A stretch of 64,000 bases of DNA from Pristiophorus japonicus. Its lineage: Eukaryota. Where the stretch lies: positions 177,320,001 to 177,384,000 of the forward strand of contig NC_091990.1 of NCBI RefSeq assembly GCF_044704955.1, given 5' to 3'. The translations under genes were made by a program, and so were the position numbers. The notes below the pieces were generated by a model. It made no database searches and was not told where the DNA came from. It saw nothing but the letters and a program-made list of their open reading frames with translations. This document shows, one piece after another, positions 63,644 to 64,000 of this stretch; position 1 is the first letter of the stretch; each line of letters starts with the position of its first letter.

Positions 63644-64000
63644 TGTTCAGAGGAGCAATTGTCTAACACTCAAATCCCAAGGAACATGTCTCTAGTTCAG
63701 AAAATATCGGTTTGCCATTAGTCTCCCTTTTCTGTTCTTCAACAAACTTGCTGTCAATTTTACCACATTTCCTTTAATGTCACGTACTTTAATTTTATCA
63801 ATAAGCCTCTTATGTGGCTCCTCTGAAACACCTTTCAAAAATCCATATATACAATATCCACGGCATTTCCTTTATCAACGTAATCAATTGTTTCCTCAAA
63901 GAACTGTATGAAATTTGTCAGTCGCAACTATCCTTTTACAAATCTATATTGGCTGCCCTTAATTAACCCATGCCTTTCTAGGTGAGCTTTAATTTTAATA

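Larger units (their letters stand above)
42829..64000. repeat. Segmental duplication unit A (V-C1 module), runs off the window end
   Basis: Paralogous to unit B. The last bases of the window (ggtgagctttaattttaata) match 39271-39290. Confidence 0.9.

Overview
Eukaryotic, intron-rich vertebrate DNA. The repeat families (CR1, Penelope, Gypsy, Harbinger, RTE) look like those of a cartilaginous fish, which is an inference. About three quarters of the window is nested transposons. Threaded through them on the minus strand are six phase-1 exons of a B7-family gene most similar to NCR3LG1/B7-H6: IgV-A (58549-58887), IgC1-A (43903-44211), IgV-B (32115-32453, with an in-frame TAA), IgC1-B (10581-10889), TM (8235-8336) and a 142-codon post-TM exon (1471-1896). 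The V-C1 module is tandemly duplicated (about 9457-39290 versus about 42829-64000), but only one TM exon and no leader exon is visible. The most striking feature is the post-TM exon. It reads as a C1-type Ig fold that has lost its canonical Cys/Trp core and carries a YxxL-bearing insertion, making it a candidate intracellular Ig domain on a B7-H6-like receptor. Also notable is a class III (ERV-L/ERV-S-like) provirus with a perfect tRNA-Ser primer site, an Fv1-like gag and an atypical env remnant, nested inside a Gypsy element. No prokaryotic systems, CRISPR arrays, tRNA or rRNA genes were found. All coordinates were read by eye.
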